From an uncultured Clostridium sp. (GTDB lineage: Bacteria > Bacillota > Clostridia > TANB77 > CAG-465), in assembly GCA_948470565.1 (NCBI GenBank), contig CAOKPF010000001.1, positions 5,866 to 69,865 of the forward strand: 64,000 nucleotides of DNA, given 5' to 3'. Both the position numbers and the translations under genes were made by a program. Shown here one piece after another: positions 9,358-20,068 of this stretch. The notes beneath the pieces were generated by a model. It did not search any database and was not told the DNA's origin. It was given only the letters and a program-made list of their open reading frames with translations. Numbering within the stretch: the first letter of the stretch is position 1; each line of letters starts with the position of its first letter.

Positions 9358-10920
9358 ATGTCATATATATCATTGTATAGAAAATATAGACCTAGTACAT
9401 TTGATACAATAGTAGGTCAAGATAGTGTAACTAAGATTTTAAAAAATCAAATAAAATCAGATAAAATATCTCATGCGTATATATTTAGTGGTAGTAGAGG
9501 AACAGGAAAGACAAGTGCAGCCAAGGTATTTTCAAGAGCAATAAACTGTTTAAATCCTAGAGATGGAGAACCTTGTAATGAGTGTGAAGTATGTAAAAAT
9601 ATATTAGAGGGAAATACAACTGATGTAATTGAAATGGACGCAGCTTCTAACAATAGTGTCGAGAATATACGTCAAATAAGGCAAGAAGTAGTATACGCAA
9701 CTATTGATGTAAAATATAGAGTTTATATAATAGATGAAGCACACATGTTAACAACTAGCGCATTTAATGCACTTCTAAAAACACTTGAAGAACCACCAGA
9801 AAATGTCGTATTTATATTAGCAACAACAGAACAGCATAAGATACCTGTAACAATTCTTTCAAGATGTTTAAGATTTGAATTTAGAAGAATATCAGATGAT
9901 GCAATTATCAAAAGATTAAATTATGTACTAGAACAAGAAAATATAAAGTTTGAAGATGAAGCAATCTCATATATAGCTAAACTTGCTGACGGAGGACTAA
10001 GAGATGCATTAAGTATACTAGAAAGGTGTATTTCTGAATATTCAGATATTTTAAAGAAAAGTGATGTTGAAAGAATTGTTGGAGCTATAAATACGGACTT
10101 AGTAAATAATATTGCTGATAGTATAATCAATTTTGATGCAATTAAAGCTGTGGAATATGTTGATAATGTTATTCAAAGTGGTAAGGATTTAAGACAATTA
10201 GTTTCAGAAGTTACAGAAGAATTTTTAAATAGATTACTTAAAAATAATGATAAGAAAGATGATAATAAAAGAATAATTTCAATAATTGATAGATTATCAA
10301 AATTAGATAATGACTTAAGATTATCTACAAATCCTGAAATTGTTGTAAAAGCCTGTTTTGTTGAATTATGTAATAATGTTACTAGCATAATTTCAAATAA
10401 TGGTAATAATAATGATAATAGCGAACTAATTTCATATATGCAAAATTTGAATAATAAAATAATTGAATTGGAAAATAAAATAAAATCTGGAGTAGTGGTA
10501 AAAAGTAATGCAACGAAAGTACCAGTAAAATCAAAAAGTGATGATGCTAATATTGATGTTTCACCAGAAAAAATTACATCACAAAAATCAAGTTTTTCAA
10601 AATTTGCAGAGTTTGATGGACTAAAGAATGCAATAGCAGAAAAAGGAAAATTAAAATTATATTCAGCACTTGCAAGTTCTGAGTTATATATAGCTGATAT
10701 TTTAAGTGTTATAATTACAAATAATAGTTTTGCATATAATATATTAAAATCAGATGACAATGCTCAAATTATAAGTTCAGTGTTATCTGAAAAATATGGT
10801 ATAAATAACAGATTATTATTTGAATTAAATGAAAAGAATGAAGATACAATGAGTAAACTAGAACAATTATTAGTTGAAAATAATATTGAATATACAAATA
10901 TTGATTGCAAAAAAGATTAA
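9358..10920 (+). CDS. dnaX: DNA polymerase III subunit gamma/tau
   Basis: MSYISLYRKYRP start, GSRGTGKTS Walker A, zinc module CxxC..CxxC, sensor motifs. The ORF-track start at 9325 overlaps the SRP RNA; the real start is probably 9358, with RBS aagggtgag. Confidence 0.9.
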   Translation: MSYISLYRKYRPSTFDTIVGQDSVTKILKNQIKSDKISHAYIFSGSRGTGKTSAAKVFSRAINCLNPRDGEPCNECEVCKNILEGNTTDVIEMDAASNNSVENIRQIRQEVVYATIDVKYRVYIIDEAHMLTTSAFNALLKTLEEPPENVVFILATTEQHKIPVTILSRCLRFEFRRISDDAIIKRLNYVLEQENIKFEDEAISYIAKLADGGLRDALSILERCISEYSDILKKSDVERIVGAINTDLVNNIADSIINFDAIKAVEYVDNVIQSGKDLRQLVSEVTEEFLNRLLKNNDKKDDNKRIISIIDRLSKLDNDLRLSTNPEIVVKACFVELCNNVTSIISNNGNNNDNSELISYMQNLNNKIIELENKIKSGVVVKSNATKVPVKSKSDDANIDVSPEKITSQKSSFSKFAEFDGLKNAIAEKGKLKLYSALASSELYIADILSVIITNNSFAYNILKSDDNAQIISSVLSEKYGINNRLLFELNEKNEDTMSKLEQLLVENNIEYTNIDCKKD

Positions 10921-10959
10921 ATTGATATATAATTTATAAAAAAAGAAAGGGTGATAATA

Positions 10960-11304
10960 ATGGCAAAATTTGGAGGATTTCCAGGAGGCGGAAATAGCTT
11001 TGGAAATATGCAAAATATATTAAAACAAGCACAAAAAATGCAAACTGAAATGCAAGAAAAACAAGAAGCAGTGGCTAAAAAAGAAATTGAAACATCAGCA
11101 GGTGGTGGAGCGGTTAAAGTTAAAGCTACTGGGGATAAAGTTATAAAAGAAATAATCTTAGAAAAAGAAGTTGTAAATGCTGATGATATAGAAATGCTAC
11201 AAGATTTAATACTTACAGCAGTAAATGAAGCATTAAATAAAGCAGATACAATGATGCAAGCAGAACTTGGTTCAATGAATATGAATATACCTGGATTATT
11301 TTAG
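10960..11304 (+). CDS. ybaB: nucleoid-associated protein YbaB/EbfC
   Basis: [20 protein letters not shown] motif. Conserved dnaX-ybaB-recR order. Confidence 0.9.
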   Translation: MAKFGGFPGGGNSFGNMQNILKQAQKMQTEMQEKQEAVAKKEIETSAGGGAVKVKATGDKVIKEIILEKEVVNADDIEMLQDLILTAVNEALNKADTMMQAELGSMNMNIPGLF

Positions 11305-11312
11305 GTGATATA

Positions 11313-11906
11313 ATGTATTCAGAAACGGTAACAAAATTAATAAATCAATTTGAAAAATTACCAGGAATAGGACACAAAACAGCAGTAAGACTTGCATTTT
11401 ATATTTTAGAAGCACCAAAAGAGGTAGCTTGTGAAATGTCCCAAACATTAATAGATGCAAAAGAAAAGGTAAAATTTTGTTCAACGTGTTATAATATAAC
11501 TGAAAGTGATCCTTGTAATATATGTTCAGATAGCAAAAGAGATGAATCTGTAATATGTGTAGTAGAAAATGTAAAAGATGTAATTGCAATGGAAAAAACA
11601 CATGAATACAAAGGGTATTATCATGTATTACATGGTTCAATCTCACCAATGAACAATATTACTGCTGGTGATATAAAAATAAAAGAATTATTGGAAAGAT
11701 TAAAAGATGATAAAATAAAAGAAGTAATACTTGCAACTAATCCAACAATTGAAGGAGAAGCAACAGCTATGTACATTTCTAGGTTAATAAAACCTCTTGG
11801 AATTTTAGTTTCTCGTATAGCACATGGTATACCTGTTGGTGGAGATCTAGAATATACTGATGAAATAACTTTAATAAAAGCATTAGAGGGAAGAAGAGAG
11901 ATGTAA
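11313..11906 (+). CDS. recR: recombination protein RecR
   Basis: N-terminal HhH ([10 protein letters not shown]). C4 zinc finger (CSTC...CNIC). Toprim domain. Confidence 0.9.
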   Translation: MYSETVTKLINQFEKLPGIGHKTAVRLAFYILEAPKEVACEMSQTLIDAKEKVKFCSTCYNITESDPCNICSDSKRDESVICVVENVKDVIAMEKTHEYKGYYHVLHGSISPMNNITAGDIKIKELLERLKDDKIKEVILATNPTIEGEATAMYISRLIKPLGILVSRIAHGIPVGGDLEYTDEITLIKALEGRREM

Positions 11907-11908
11907 AA

Positions 11909-11940
11909 AAATAGGTGTAGCGCTGCTCCACCTATTTTTG
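11909..11940 (+). terminator. rho-independent terminator after recR
   Basis: aggtg..agcgct..cacct hairpin followed by TTTTTG. Confidence 0.6.
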
Positions 11941-12055
11941 CCTTATCCATAGAAATGGAACCAAGGACTTAAAGATAAAATATATATTTGACTAATGAAT
12001 ATATTCATTAGTTATAAATAGTATATTCATTTTGTAAAAAAATATTCAAAAGGAA

Positions 12056-12865
12056 GTGAATTTTTTGAAAATTGGTTTTTTTGATTCTGGACTTGGAGGA
12101 ACAACAGTACTAGTTGAAGCTTTAAAAGAAATAAAAGCTGAATATATTTATCTTGCAGATAATAAGAATTCTCCATACGGGATAAAAGATGTAAATAAAG
12201 TAAAAAGTTACATATTTTCTAATATTGATACATTAGTCAATATGGGTTGTGAGATTATTGTAGTTGCTTGTAATACTGCTACTAGTATAGCAATAAATGA
12301 ATTAAGAGAAAAATATACTGATATTTGTATAATTGGAACTGAACCTGCTGTAAAAGTAGCAGTAGATAATAATAGAGATGATGAAAAAAGGATTTTAGTT
12401 TGTGCAACAACTATTACAACTAAGCAGAAGAAATTAACAGAGCTTGTAAATAAGTTAAATACGGCTAATAATATTGATATATTGGCAATGGATGGATTAG
12501 TACCGATTGCTGAGGAATATGATTGTAACGAAGATATGGCAAATGCATATATATTAGATAAATTAAAAGATTTTAATATAAAGAGCTATGGATATATTGT
12601 TTTAGGTTGTACTCATTTTCCACTATTTAGGTCTGTTTTTAGTGATATTTTCGGAAATGATGTTATGGTAATAGATGGAAGTAGAGGGATCGTTAAAAAT
12701 CTAAAAAATAAGCTAGATGGAATGAAAAAAAATAAAAATGATGTAAATGATACAGAAACTAAAATTACATTAGTACTTACTAGTAAAAGTAATGTATTTG
12801 AGGAAAATTTTAAAAAAATTACAGGAAGTTATAATATTGATGTAATTTACAATATTACAAATTAA
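12056..12865 (+). CDS. murI: glutamate racemase
   Basis: FFDSGLGG, ACNTAT and GCTHFP motifs. GTG start with RBS aaaggaag. Confidence 0.85.
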   Translation: MNFLKIGFFDSGLGGTTVLVEALKEIKAEYIYLADNKNSPYGIKDVNKVKSYIFSNIDTLVNMGCEIIVVACNTATSIAINELREKYTDICIIGTEPAVKVAVDNNRDDEKRILVCATTITTKQKKLTELVNKLNTANNIDILAMDGLVPIAEEYDCNEDMANAYILDKLKDFNIKSYGYIVLGCTHFPLFRSVFSDIFGNDVMVIDGSRGIVKNLKNKLDGMKKNKNDVNDTETKITLVLTSKSNVFEENFKKITGSYNIDVIYNITN

Positions 12866-12877
12866 TTGGAGAGAAAT

Positions 12878-14683
12878 ATGATAAAAAAAGAAAATATAAG
12901 AAATTTTAGTATAATAGCACATATTGATCATGGTAAATCAACTTTAGCAGATAGACTTATTCAATTAACTGGAAGTATAGATAATAGAAAAATGCAAGAA
13001 CAACTACTAGATAATATGGATATAGAGCGTGAAAGAGGTATAACAATAAAATCTCAATCTGTTAGAATGAAGTATAAAGCTAAAGATGGAGATGAGTATA
13101 TTTTAAACTTAATAGATACACCAGGGCATGTAGACTTTAATTATGAGGTTTCTAGGTCACTTGCAGCGTGTGAAGGTGCAGTACTTGTAGTAGATGCAGC
13201 ACAGGGAGTTGAAGCTCAAACACTTGCAAATGTATATTTAGCACTTGAAAATAATTTAGAAATATTACCAGTTATAAATAAAATTGATTTACCAAGTGCA
13301 AGACCAGAAGAGGTAAAAAAAGAAATTGAAGATACGATAGGACTTGATACTACCGATTGTCCATGTATTTCAGCAAAAACTGGTCTTAATGTAGAAGATG
13401 TATTAGAGAATATAGTAAAAAATGTTCCATATCCAAAAGGAGATGTTACAAAACCAACAGCTTGCTTAATTTTTGATTCTGTGTATGATAATTATAAAGG
13501 TGCAGTTGCTTATATTAAAGTTGTAAATGGTAAAATTAAAAAGAGTGATATAGCAATTACTATGTCTAATGGAAAAGAATATGATGTTGTTGAAGTAGGA
13601 TATTTTAAACCAGGAGCATACGAAGAATGTGAAGAATTACAAGCAGGAGAGGTAGGATATATATCTGCTAGTATAAAAAAAGTTTCTGATATAAGAGTAG
13701 GAGATACAATTACATTAAAATCAAATCCAGTAAATGAAGCATTACCTGGATATAAGGAAGTAAAATCTATGGTATATTGCGGGATATTCCCAGCAGATGG
13801 TAGTGACTATGAAATGTTAAAAGAAGCATTAGAAAAATTAAAATTAAATGATGCTTCACTAAATTTTGAGTTAGAATCATCTACTGCACTTGGGCATGGA
13901 TTTAGATGTGGTTTCCTTGGTTTATTACATATGGAAATAATACAGGAAAGATTAGAAAGAGAATATAATTTAAATTTAATAACAACAGCTCCATCAGTTA
14001 TATATAAAGTTCATAAAAATAATGGTGAAATTTTAGAATTATATAATCCATCGGATTTACCAAGTCCACAAGAAATTGAGCATATAGAAGAGCCAATAGC
14101 AAAAACAGAGATAATTTCTCCAAAAGAATATGTTGGAAATATAATGGAACTTTGTCAAGAAAGACGTGGTAAATTTATTAACATGAAATATATTGATAAT
14201 TCAAGGGTAACATTGGAATATTTATTACCTTTAAATGAAATAATATATGATTTTTTTAATAGTTTGAAATCTAGAACAAAAGGATATGCGTCTTTTGATT
14301 ATGAATTAGAAAAATACGAAAAAGCAAATCTTGTAAAACTAGATATTTTACTAAATAATGAAATAGTTGATGCGTTATCTTTTATTGTAAATAGAGAGAA
14401 GGCAGAAACAAGAGGCAGAAAAATGACAGAAAAATTAAAGGAAATTATACCAAGACAATTATTTGAAGTTCCAATTCAAGCAGCAATAGGAGGAAAGGTT
14501 GTAGCTAGAGAAACTGTAAAGGCTATGAGAAAAGATGTACTAGCTAAATGTTATGGTGGAGATATTACTAGAAAGAAAAAGTTATTAGAAAAACAAAAAG
14601 AAGGTAAGAAGAAAATGAGGCAGGTGGGAAGTATTGAACTTCCACAAGATGCATTTATGAGTGTACTAAAATTAGATGAATAA
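12878..14683 (+). CDS. lepA: elongation factor 4 (LepA)
   Basis: [17 protein letters not shown]1 motif, DTPGHVDF motif, LepA C-terminal domain. ATG at 12878 after a GGAGAG RBS (ORF-track start 12866). Confidence 0.9.
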   Translation: MIKKENIRNFSIIAHIDHGKSTLADRLIQLTGSIDNRKMQEQLLDNMDIERERGITIKSQSVRMKYKAKDGDEYILNLIDTPGHVDFNYEVSRSLAACEGAVLVVDAAQGVEAQTLANVYLALENNLEILPVINKIDLPSARPEEVKKEIEDTIGLDTTDCPCISAKTGLNVEDVLENIVKNVPYPKGDVTKPTACLIFDSVYDNYKGAVAYIKVVNGKIKKSDIAITMSNGKEYDVVEVGYFKPGAYEECEELQAGEVGYISASIKKVSDIRVGDTITLKSNPVNEALPGYKEVKSMVYCGIFPADGSDYEMLKEALEKLKLNDASLNFELESSTALGHGFRCGFLGLLHMEIIQERLEREYNLNLITTAPSVIYKVHKNNGEILELYNPSDLPSPQEIEHIEEPIAKTEIISPKEYVGNIMELCQERRGKFINMKYIDNSRVTLEYLLPLNEIIYDFFNSLKSRTKGYASFDYELEKYEKANLVKLDILLNNEIVDALSFIVNREKAETRGRKMTEKLKEIIPRQLFEVPIQAAIGGKVVARETVKAMRKDVLAKCYGGDITRKKKLLEKQKEGKKKMRQVGSIELPQDAFMSVLKLDE

Positions 14684-14706
14684 ATAAGTATTTTAGTAGT
14701 AAAAAT

Positions 14707-14724
14707 GAGGACAAATATGTCCTC
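14707..14724. terminator. bidirectional hairpin terminator
   Basis: gaggacaaatatgtcctc perfect hairpin flanked by A/T runs. Confidence 0.6.
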
Positions 14725-14960
14725 TAAAAATAATACAGTAATGTGTTTTATTTTCTTTTTTGTAATTTACAAAATATCTTTTTTATGAATTTACAAAAAA
14801 GAGTTAAAAGAAAACCAATCGTACTATATTCATCAAATAAGTCATCGAGTTTCATAATTATGTACCTCCTAGATGTTTTATAAATTTTTGTAAAACTTAA
14901 TAATACAGTGAAATTTTATTATAACATAAAAATTATTAAATGTAAAGGGAATGAGAAAAA

Positions 14961-15701
14961 ATGGGATTAATTTATGGTAGAAATACAGTAACAGAAGCAA
15001 TTGTTTCAGGTAAAACAATAAATAAAATATATATACAAAAATCAAGTAAAGAACTATATGATATAATACAACTTGCTAAAAAGAATAAAATTGTAATAGT
15101 TGAAGCTGATAAGCAAAAACTAGATAAAATGATTGAATATAAAAATTCTCAAGGAATTGTTGCAAGTATTACAGACTTTGAATATTCAACAATAGATGAA
15201 ATTTTAGAAAACGTAGAAAATTTAGCTAAAGATAAAAAGTCATCTATAATATTAATACTAGATAAAATAGAAGATCCACATAATTTAGGAGCAATAATAC
15301 GTACAGCAGAGTGTATGGGAGTTAGTGGAATTATAATTCAGAAAAGAAATGCGTGTCAAATAACAGATACTGTTGAAAAAGTTGCAGTTGGTGCTACACA
15401 GTATGTAAAAGTTGCAAGAGTTACTAATATAACTGAGAGTATAAAATATTTGCAAGAAAATGGATTTTGGATATATGGACTTGATATGAATGGTGAAAGC
15501 AAATTATATGATACAAAGTTTGAAGGAAAAATAGGAATTGTTGTAGGAAATGAGGGAAATGGTATATCTAGGTTGGTTAAGGAAAACTGTGACTTTATGC
15601 TAAATATACCTATGTATGGAAAAATAAATTCGCTTAATGCTTCTGTAAGTGTAGCAATGTGTTTATATGAAGTAAGAAAGAATTTAGACAATGATGTATA
15701 G
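14961..15701 (+). CDS. rlmB: TrmH/SpoU-family 23S rRNA (Gm2251) methyltransferase RlmB-like
   Basis: LDKIEDPHNLGAIIRTAE..., GNEGNGIS and NASVSVAMCLYE SPOUT motifs. Confidence 0.8.
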   Translation: MGLIYGRNTVTEAIVSGKTINKIYIQKSSKELYDIIQLAKKNKIVIVEADKQKLDKMIEYKNSQGIVASITDFEYSTIDEILENVENLAKDKKSSIILILDKIEDPHNLGAIIRTAECMGVSGIIIQKRNACQITDTVEKVAVGATQYVKVARVTNITESIKYLQENGFWIYGLDMNGESKLYDTKFEGKIGIVVGNEGNGISRLVKENCDFMLNIPMYGKINSLNASVSVAMCLYEVRKNLDNDV

Positions 15702-15747
15702 ATTTTTTATGATTATATTCCTTTCGATTGTTTATTTTAAATAAAAA

Positions 15748-15790
15748 ATTGCTATTATTCAGTTAGATAATAGCAAATTTTACTTTTAAA
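15748..15790. terminator. bidirectional terminator
   Basis: aattgctattat..ataatagcaaatt hairpin flanked by T runs. Lies between convergent rlmB and the membrane-protein array. Confidence 0.55.
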
Positions 15791-15809
15791 ATATTAATTT
15801 ATATAAAAC

Positions 15810-16145
15810 TTAAGTAACAAAAAAATTCCAAATTATCATACATACCATACCCATTGGAAATGAAAATGTATAAGTAGCAATAGGCAGCCAATAAACGATA
15901 TGTTTATATTGAGTATTGATTTTTTTATTTAATGCAACACAAATTGTAATAAAGGATATGAAAATAAAATGGTATACCCCAGCTTCAATATATGGACCAA
16001 ATAAGTAAGTAAAAAAATACCCATTTTCAAAACATTCTTGTTTAGCTTTTTCCAAATTACACTGTCCAATGAAAAATTCAAATAAAAATAATGATACAAT
16101 GTATAATAATATTATTAAAAGTTTATTCTTTGTTTTTTTTGACAT
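15810..16145 (-). CDS. small 3-TM membrane protein, paralogue copy 4 (diverged C-terminus)
   Basis: About 95% nucleotide identity to the three upstream copies. GGGAGG RBS then ATG (MSKKTKNK...). The last ~8 residues differ (IWNFFVT). Confidence 0.7.
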   Translation of the reverse strand: MSKKTKNKLLIILLYIVSLFLFEFFIGQCNLEKAKQECFENGYFFTYLFGPYIEAGVYHFIFISFITICVALNKKINTQYKHIVYWLPIATYTFSFPMGMVCMIIWNFFVT

Positions 16146-16235
16146 AGTCATACCTCCCAATTTTTAATGAATTTTATTGTAATAGCAAATTTATTGACGA
16201 CATTAAAAATAAATCTTTAATATTTTTGTTTTTAT

Positions 16236-16583
16236 TTATCCAATAATATATGTTTCAAAAAAATTACCGATTATCATACATACCATACCCATTGGAAATG
16301 AAAATGTATAGGTAGCAATAGGTAGCCAATAAATGATATGTTTATATTGAGTATCGATTTTTTTATTTAATGCAACACAAATTGCAATAAAGGATATGAA
16401 AATAAAATGATATACCCCAGCTTCAATATATGGATAAAATACGTAAAGTACAAAATATCCATTTTCACCATATTCTTGTACCGCTTTTTCAAAATTACAT
16501 TCTCCAACGAAAAATTCAAATAAAAATAATGATATAATGTATAATAATATTATTAAAAGTTTATTCTTTGTTTTTTTTGACAT
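16236..16583 (-). CDS. small 3-TM membrane protein, paralogue copy 3
   Basis: Tandem 438-bp unit. Start at MSKK after GGGAGG (ORF track extends to 16598). Confidence 0.7.
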   Translation of the reverse strand: MSKKTKNKLLIILLYIISLFLFEFFVGECNFEKAVQEYGENGYFVLYVFYPYIEAGVYHFIFISFIAICVALNKKIDTQYKHIIYWLPIATYTFSFPMGMVCMIIGNFFETYIIG

Positions 16584-16673
16584 AGTCATACCTCCCAATT
16601 TTTAATGAATTTTATTGTAATAGCAAATTTATTGACGACATTAAAAATAAATCTTTAATATTTTTGTTTTTAT

Positions 16674-17021
16674 TTATCCAATAATATATGTTTCAAAAAA
16701 ATTACCGATTATCATACATACCATACCCATTGGAAATGAAAATGTATAGGTAGCAATAGGTAGCCAATAAATGATATGTTTATATTGAGTATCGATTTTT
16801 TTATTTAATGCAACACAAATTGCAATAAAGGATATGAAAATAAAATGGTATACCCCAGCTTGAAAATATGGATAAAATAAGTAAGTAAAAGAGTACCCAT
16901 TTTCAAAACATTCTTGTTCAGCTTTTTCAAAATTACATTCTCCAATGAAAAATTCAAATAAAAATAATGATACAATGTATAATAATATTATTAAAAGTTT
17001 ATTCTTTGTTTTTTTTGACAT
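16674..17021 (-). CDS. small 3-TM membrane protein, paralogue copy 2
   Basis: Tandem 438-bp unit, identical RBS/start context. Confidence 0.7.
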   Translation of the reverse strand: MSKKTKNKLLIILLYIVSLFLFEFFIGECNFEKAEQECFENGYSFTYLFYPYFQAGVYHFIFISFIAICVALNKKIDTQYKHIIYWLPIATYTFSFPMGMVCMIIGNFFETYIIG

Positions 17022-17111
17022 AGTCATACCTCCCAATTTTTAATGAATTTTATTGTAATAGCAAATTTATTGACGACATTAAAAATAAATCTTTAATATT
17101 TTTGTTTTTAT

Positions 17112-17459
17112 TTATCCAATAATATATGTTTCAAAAAAATTACCGATTATCATACATACCATACCCATTGGAAATGAAAATGTATAGGTAGCAATAGGTA
17201 GCCAATAAACGATATGTTTATATTGAGTATCAATTTTTTTATTTAATGCAACACAAATTGCAATAAAGGATATAAAAATAAAATGGTATACTCCTGCTCC
17301 AATATATGGACCAAATATGTAAGTAAAAAAATACCCATTTTCAAAACATTCTTGTTCAGCTTTTTTAAAATTACATTGTCCAATGAAAAATTCAAATAAA
17401 AATAATGATATAATGTATAAAATTATAATTAAAAGTTTATTTTTTGTTTTTTTTGACAT
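17112..17459 (-). CDS. small 3-TM membrane protein, paralogue copy 1
   Basis: First copy. Its start abuts the stop of the upstream 342-aa gene, suggesting translational coupling. Confidence 0.7.
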   Translation of the reverse strand: MSKKTKNKLLIIILYIISLFLFEFFIGQCNFKKAEQECFENGYFFTYIFGPYIGAGVYHFIFISFIAICVALNKKIDTQYKHIVYWLPIATYTFSFPMGMVCMIIGNFFETYIIG

Positions 17460-17461
17460 AG

Positions 17462-18490
17462 TCATACCTCCCAATTTTTGATATTGAACTTAATTGTAAT
17501 AGCAAATTTATTAACAACTTTACATGAAGTACCTATCATTGCTAAATTATTACCAAAAGACGCAAAAAAAACTTTAGCATAATCATCATTGTTTATATAT
17601 TTTTCTATTTCTTGGAACTCTGTAAAATCATAAATATCTGATAATTCTATATCCAAATTCCAATTTCCGTTATTTTGTTTGTTTCCACAAATGTTTATAT
17701 AGCTATTGTGTAGTGCTAGAAACAGATCACCACTTTCAAAAGCTAATGATTCATTATTTTTACCTGTATTAAACTGTTCCTTATTACCATATTTTTTAAT
17801 AATTTCATTTACTTTATTTTTAAAATAAATATTTTCCTTTATTTTTTCTACAACTTTTCCCTCTGTAATAATTATATCACTAGGCTTTTTTTGTAATGAA
17901 TGATTTAAAAATTCAGAGGATATATCATAATTACCTAGTTTTAGAACTAGAACTGCACATTTTAATATATAATGTTGTAACATTTGGGTCATATCAGATA
18001 AATAAGGTTTTTTATTATAATATTTACTAAATGCAAAGTTAACAATGTTAAATGAAATATTTTGAATATCATCATATTCACCATTCATTACTTTTTCGAA
18101 AATTTCTTTATATTCCTTATATTTTTTATTAATTTCTGATGATTGTTTAAGCGTAATAGCATTATTACTATATAAATTTTTGGAAGTAGTAGTACTATTT
18201 ATTATATCAATATCTTTTTGTAATAATTTCTTATATTTATCATAACAACTCAAAGGTACTTCATTTAATAAATTTAAGGTTAAGTATCTATTTGTTAATA
18301 TTTGTCTTTGAGCAGTAGGCAAATTTTTCTTATTACATAATTTTAATATTTTTTTATTTAGTAACTCCTCACCTTTTAGATTTTTTACATCAGAAATATT
18401 TATAGAACAACACATTTTCTTTAAGCAACCTAAACCAAATGTATATTTGGTATTGCTAAGTTCTCTACCACATAGAGTACATCTTTTCAT
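17462..18490 (-). CDS. hypothetical cytoplasmic protein with N-terminal CxxC...C..C zinc-ribbon
   Basis: 342 aa, MKRCTLCGRELS...GLGCLKKMCC. Extended -10 (tggtataat) and GAGGTGA RBS upstream. No other motif recognised. Confidence 0.6.
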   Translation of the reverse strand: MKRCTLCGRELSNTKYTFGLGCLKKMCCSINISDVKNLKGEELLNKKILKLCNKKNLPTAQRQILTNRYLTLNLLNEVPLSCYDKYKKLLQKDIDIINSTTTSKNLYSNNAITLKQSSEINKKYKEYKEIFEKVMNGEYDDIQNISFNIVNFAFSKYYNKKPYLSDMTQMLQHYILKCAVLVLKLGNYDISSEFLNHSLQKKPSDIIITEGKVVEKIKENIYFKNKVNEIIKKYGNKEQFNTGKNNESLAFESGDLFLALHNSYINICGNKQNNGNWNLDIELSDIYDFTEFQEIEKYINNDDYAKVFFASFGNNLAMIGTSCKVVNKFAITIKFNIKNWEV

Positions 18491-18919
18491 ATATTATCAC
18501 CTCGAACAAACTTTCATTGTACAAATTATACCATAATTTTCCAGAAAAGTATATAATTATCACAAAATTTACACGATAAAATTACAAGAGTTTAAATCAA
18601 GAAAGAGAAGATGGCATAATGAAAAATCTGTTAAATATGATAAAATATATTAGAGATATATGAAATGTTAGATAAATTAAATAAATTGTTGTTTATGTAG
18701 AATATTTTAGAAGATAAGAATAAAACATTTACGAGAAATTTTCAAAAAAATATAAAAATAATAATGAAATTTTGTTTTCTAGAGTTAAGAATATTTAAAG
18801 AAAATAAATAGGACTTTTAAAATGAACTAGATAATATAATTTATTATATATAAACATAAAGAAAATGCCGATATTGTGTTTACAATATCAACATTTCCTT
18901 ATATTTTACTTTTTAAATA

Positions 18920-19822
18920 TTAGTTATCTGCAAATTTAGGTAATTCATCTTTTGGGTATTCTGTGAATTCTCCAGTTAACATATTTTGAAGAACATATTT
19001 GTCTAAAACTGGTATTTCCCAAAAATTCTTATTTTTTAAAATAGCATATTTTCCAAAAGGTACTTCATCATCAGAAATGACTACGTTTAAAATCTTTATA
19101 CGTGAAAATGGGTACTTGTTACGAAGTTTTAAACTCATATCACATTTAAAGTTGCATTTTATAAATTTTGCAGTTTCACTATTTGTTTTATCAACTATAA
19201 CTACGCCATTACCATTTGATGTAGAATTGATTGTATATAAATATTTCCCATTAGAAGAAATTGGCTCTGAAACATAGTATGCTTCAAATAACTCTTCAAT
19301 AGTTGAACTTGGTATTATAGGTTGACCTGTTTCTAAGTTTATTTTATCACCTGTTTTTGTAGAAATTACAATTTCTGTTTTTTGGTCATCTTTTTTTATC
19401 CCAATAATGTTACCTGATGACATTACTGCATCTGTTATTGAAATTCCTATACATATAATAGCAATACAAATAAGAAATGCAACTTTCAATTCTTTGTTAT
19501 TATTCCAGCCATCAAGAATGGTTAATCCTTGAAATAATAATATGAATAGTATTTGTGCTATCGCCCCATAAAAATTATACCGGGTCGATAATGGTAAATA
19601 AATAAGTAATGATATAACAAAAGTAAGGCAAAAATAAATAACTTGCAGTATGATAGAGTATTTTAATTCATCACTTTTTTCTGAAAATCCTCTTTGTTCT
19701 ACATCTCCTATTAATGATTTTAATTTAAAACCTTTCCGTTTTATATTTTTCCAAAACCATGGTTGTATTAATATGGTTGAACAAATTCCCCAAAAGAGAG
19801 ATAAAAAAATAGGTATTAGCAT
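18920..19822 (-). CDS. hypothetical membrane-anchored protein with extracytoplasmic C-terminal domain
   Basis: N-terminal TM helices; the C-terminal ~170 aa are hydrophilic. Hairpin terminator downstream. Confidence 0.5.
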   Translation of the reverse strand: MLIPIFLSLFWGICSTILIQPWFWKNIKRKGFKLKSLIGDVEQRGFSEKSDELKYSIILQVIYFCLTFVISLLIYLPLSTRYNFYGAIAQILFILLFQGLTILDGWNNNKELKVAFLICIAIICIGISITDAVMSSGNIIGIKKDDQKTEIVISTKTGDKINLETGQPIIPSSTIEELFEAYYVSEPISSNGKYLYTINSTSNGNGVVIVDKTNSETAKFIKCNFKCDMSLKLRNKYPFSRIKILNVVISDDEVPFGKYAILKNKNFWEIPVLDKYVLQNMLTGEFTEYPKDELPKFADN

Positions 19823-20068
19823 AAAAATTCCTCCTTTTAAATAATTATTTAAGTTTATTAATATAATACGTGTTTATTATATATCTTGAAATACTTTATG
19901 TCAAGTGATAAAGGAAATTTTCTTATATAAACCACAAAATATTACAAATTTTATGTAATTTTTGCAAATATTAAATAAAAATGGTAGAATAATCAATTAT
20001 TTATTTATATTATATTGAAATTTCAGTGAATTTATATTAAAATATATAGTAAAAAACAGGAGGGAAAA

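Noticed and set aside
9152-9373. Minus-strand 73-aa ORF and the 9325 ATG start for dnaX
   Set aside because: Both overlap the SRP RNA gene. dnaX has the canonical MSYISLYRKYRP start at 9358 with its own RBS, and the minus-strand ORF is an AT-rich frame artefact.
1502-11950. Numerous antisense ORFs embedded in annotated genes (for example 1502-1765, 2319-2693, 4331-4729, 6008-6397, 7094-7393, 9471-10760, 11296-11649, 11621-11950)
   Set aside because: They lie opposite confidently identified conserved genes, lack RBSs, and have low-complexity Leu/Ile/Phe-rich translations typical of antisense frames in AT-rich DNA.
15810-17474. CRISPR-like periodic array (438-bp periodicity)
   Set aside because: Units are complete protein-coding genes with RBS and spacer, not short repeats with unique spacers. 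This is tandem gene amplification.
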